Positions 63,206 to 64,000 of a stretch of 64,000 bases of DNA are shown piece after piece. Location: NCBI GenBank assembly GCA_002269645.1, contig NIVC01001283.1:62001-126000 (forward strand). Reading direction: 5' to 3'. Below the pieces are notes generated by a model. It saw nothing but the letters and a program-made list of their open reading frames with translations, had not been told where the DNA came from and did no database searches. Source of the stretch: Macrostomum lignano. Its lineage: Eukaryota. How positions within the stretch are numbered: the stretch's first letter is position 1; each line of letters begins with the position of its first letter. The position numbers were made by a program, and so were the translations under genes.

Positions 63206-64000
63206 TATATAATATAAGGCATTCTATTTAGAATAAAGCTCTATTCCTAGCTCTATTTAAAACAATCTTTATTTAGGTCCTGTTCTATTATTTTTATTTA
63301 CAATTTTCTTACTTATATTCAATCAACCACCCAAACAAAAACTGATAATAGCTAATACTAATAGCATATCTCCAACATCTAACTAACAACTTTAGTCCAA
63401 ACAGTCCTTTCTAATGTTTTACAATAATTATGGCTATGGCTATATAACAATACTATAGAAATTATAACAAAATGGATGCCTATAGCAGCTATGAATATGC
63501 CTATAGAAAATAATTGCTCCTATAGCTAACTATGGAAATGTGGCAATTTAAAGTTCTTCCTATAGATTACTATACTAAGTTTGAGTTTTGTATTATTAGA
63601 AATTGATTAATTAATTTCAAAATATCAATATGGATCAATGATGAAGAAAAAAATTGGTGATCAACAAAAATACAAACAAAATTATTTTTTACTTATGTTT
63701 AAAAGATCTGCATTATGACAAAACACTTGTCATTTCTTACTGCCAAAATGAATTAAGCCTTCCTATTTCTTATCTTTTCATTATAGAAGAAGTTTTTTGT
63801 TATGATATTGGTATAGCTATGTTTAATTAGGAAAATTTAAGAAGTATAAAATAATTTTACATATTGTTTGTCAATCTGTCTATTTGTCAAGCTAAGATTA
63901 AGAATAAAAAGCTAGGAAGGCCTAAGGCTGCTTATATTTTTATTAGACTCTTACAATGAGATTTTACCTATTGACTATTGACTTGCCTTATGTATGAAAG

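Overview
Animal genomic DNA in which roughly half the window (my estimate from summed array lengths, about 32 kb) is micro- and minisatellite. Nearly all supplied ORFs over these arrays are artefacts. The real genes have spliceosomal introns, most filled with tandem repeats. On the minus strand I could assemble: a class A peptide-type GPCR (23.5-27.2 kb), a Dbx homeobox gene (38.2-39.3 kb), and a tight co-oriented cluster C2orf69-like > FKBP12 > DNAJC27 > UQCRQ > dihydroxy-acid dehydratase (IlvD/Ilv3) (44.2-59.6 kb). Each cluster gene has a 3' splice acceptor 6-27 nt before its ATG, as expected for a trans-spliced operon. A degenerate Ngaro-type tyrosine-recombinase retrotransposon with split direct repeats sits head-to-head with the cluster (59.7-63.2 kb). 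Most notable observations: (1) an intron-containing branched-chain amino acid biosynthesis enzyme in an animal; (2) minisatellites apparently seeded at splice donors, including four in-frame donors inside the Dbx homeodomain and an array of 27-nt micro-exon-like units; (3) directional CpG decay between the retroelement's terminal repeats; (4) a candidate -1 frameshift signal at its gag/pol junction. The architecture resembles a macrostomid flatworm genome, but the host is inference only. No searches were run; family calls rest on motifs recognised by eye, and repeat boundaries are approximate.
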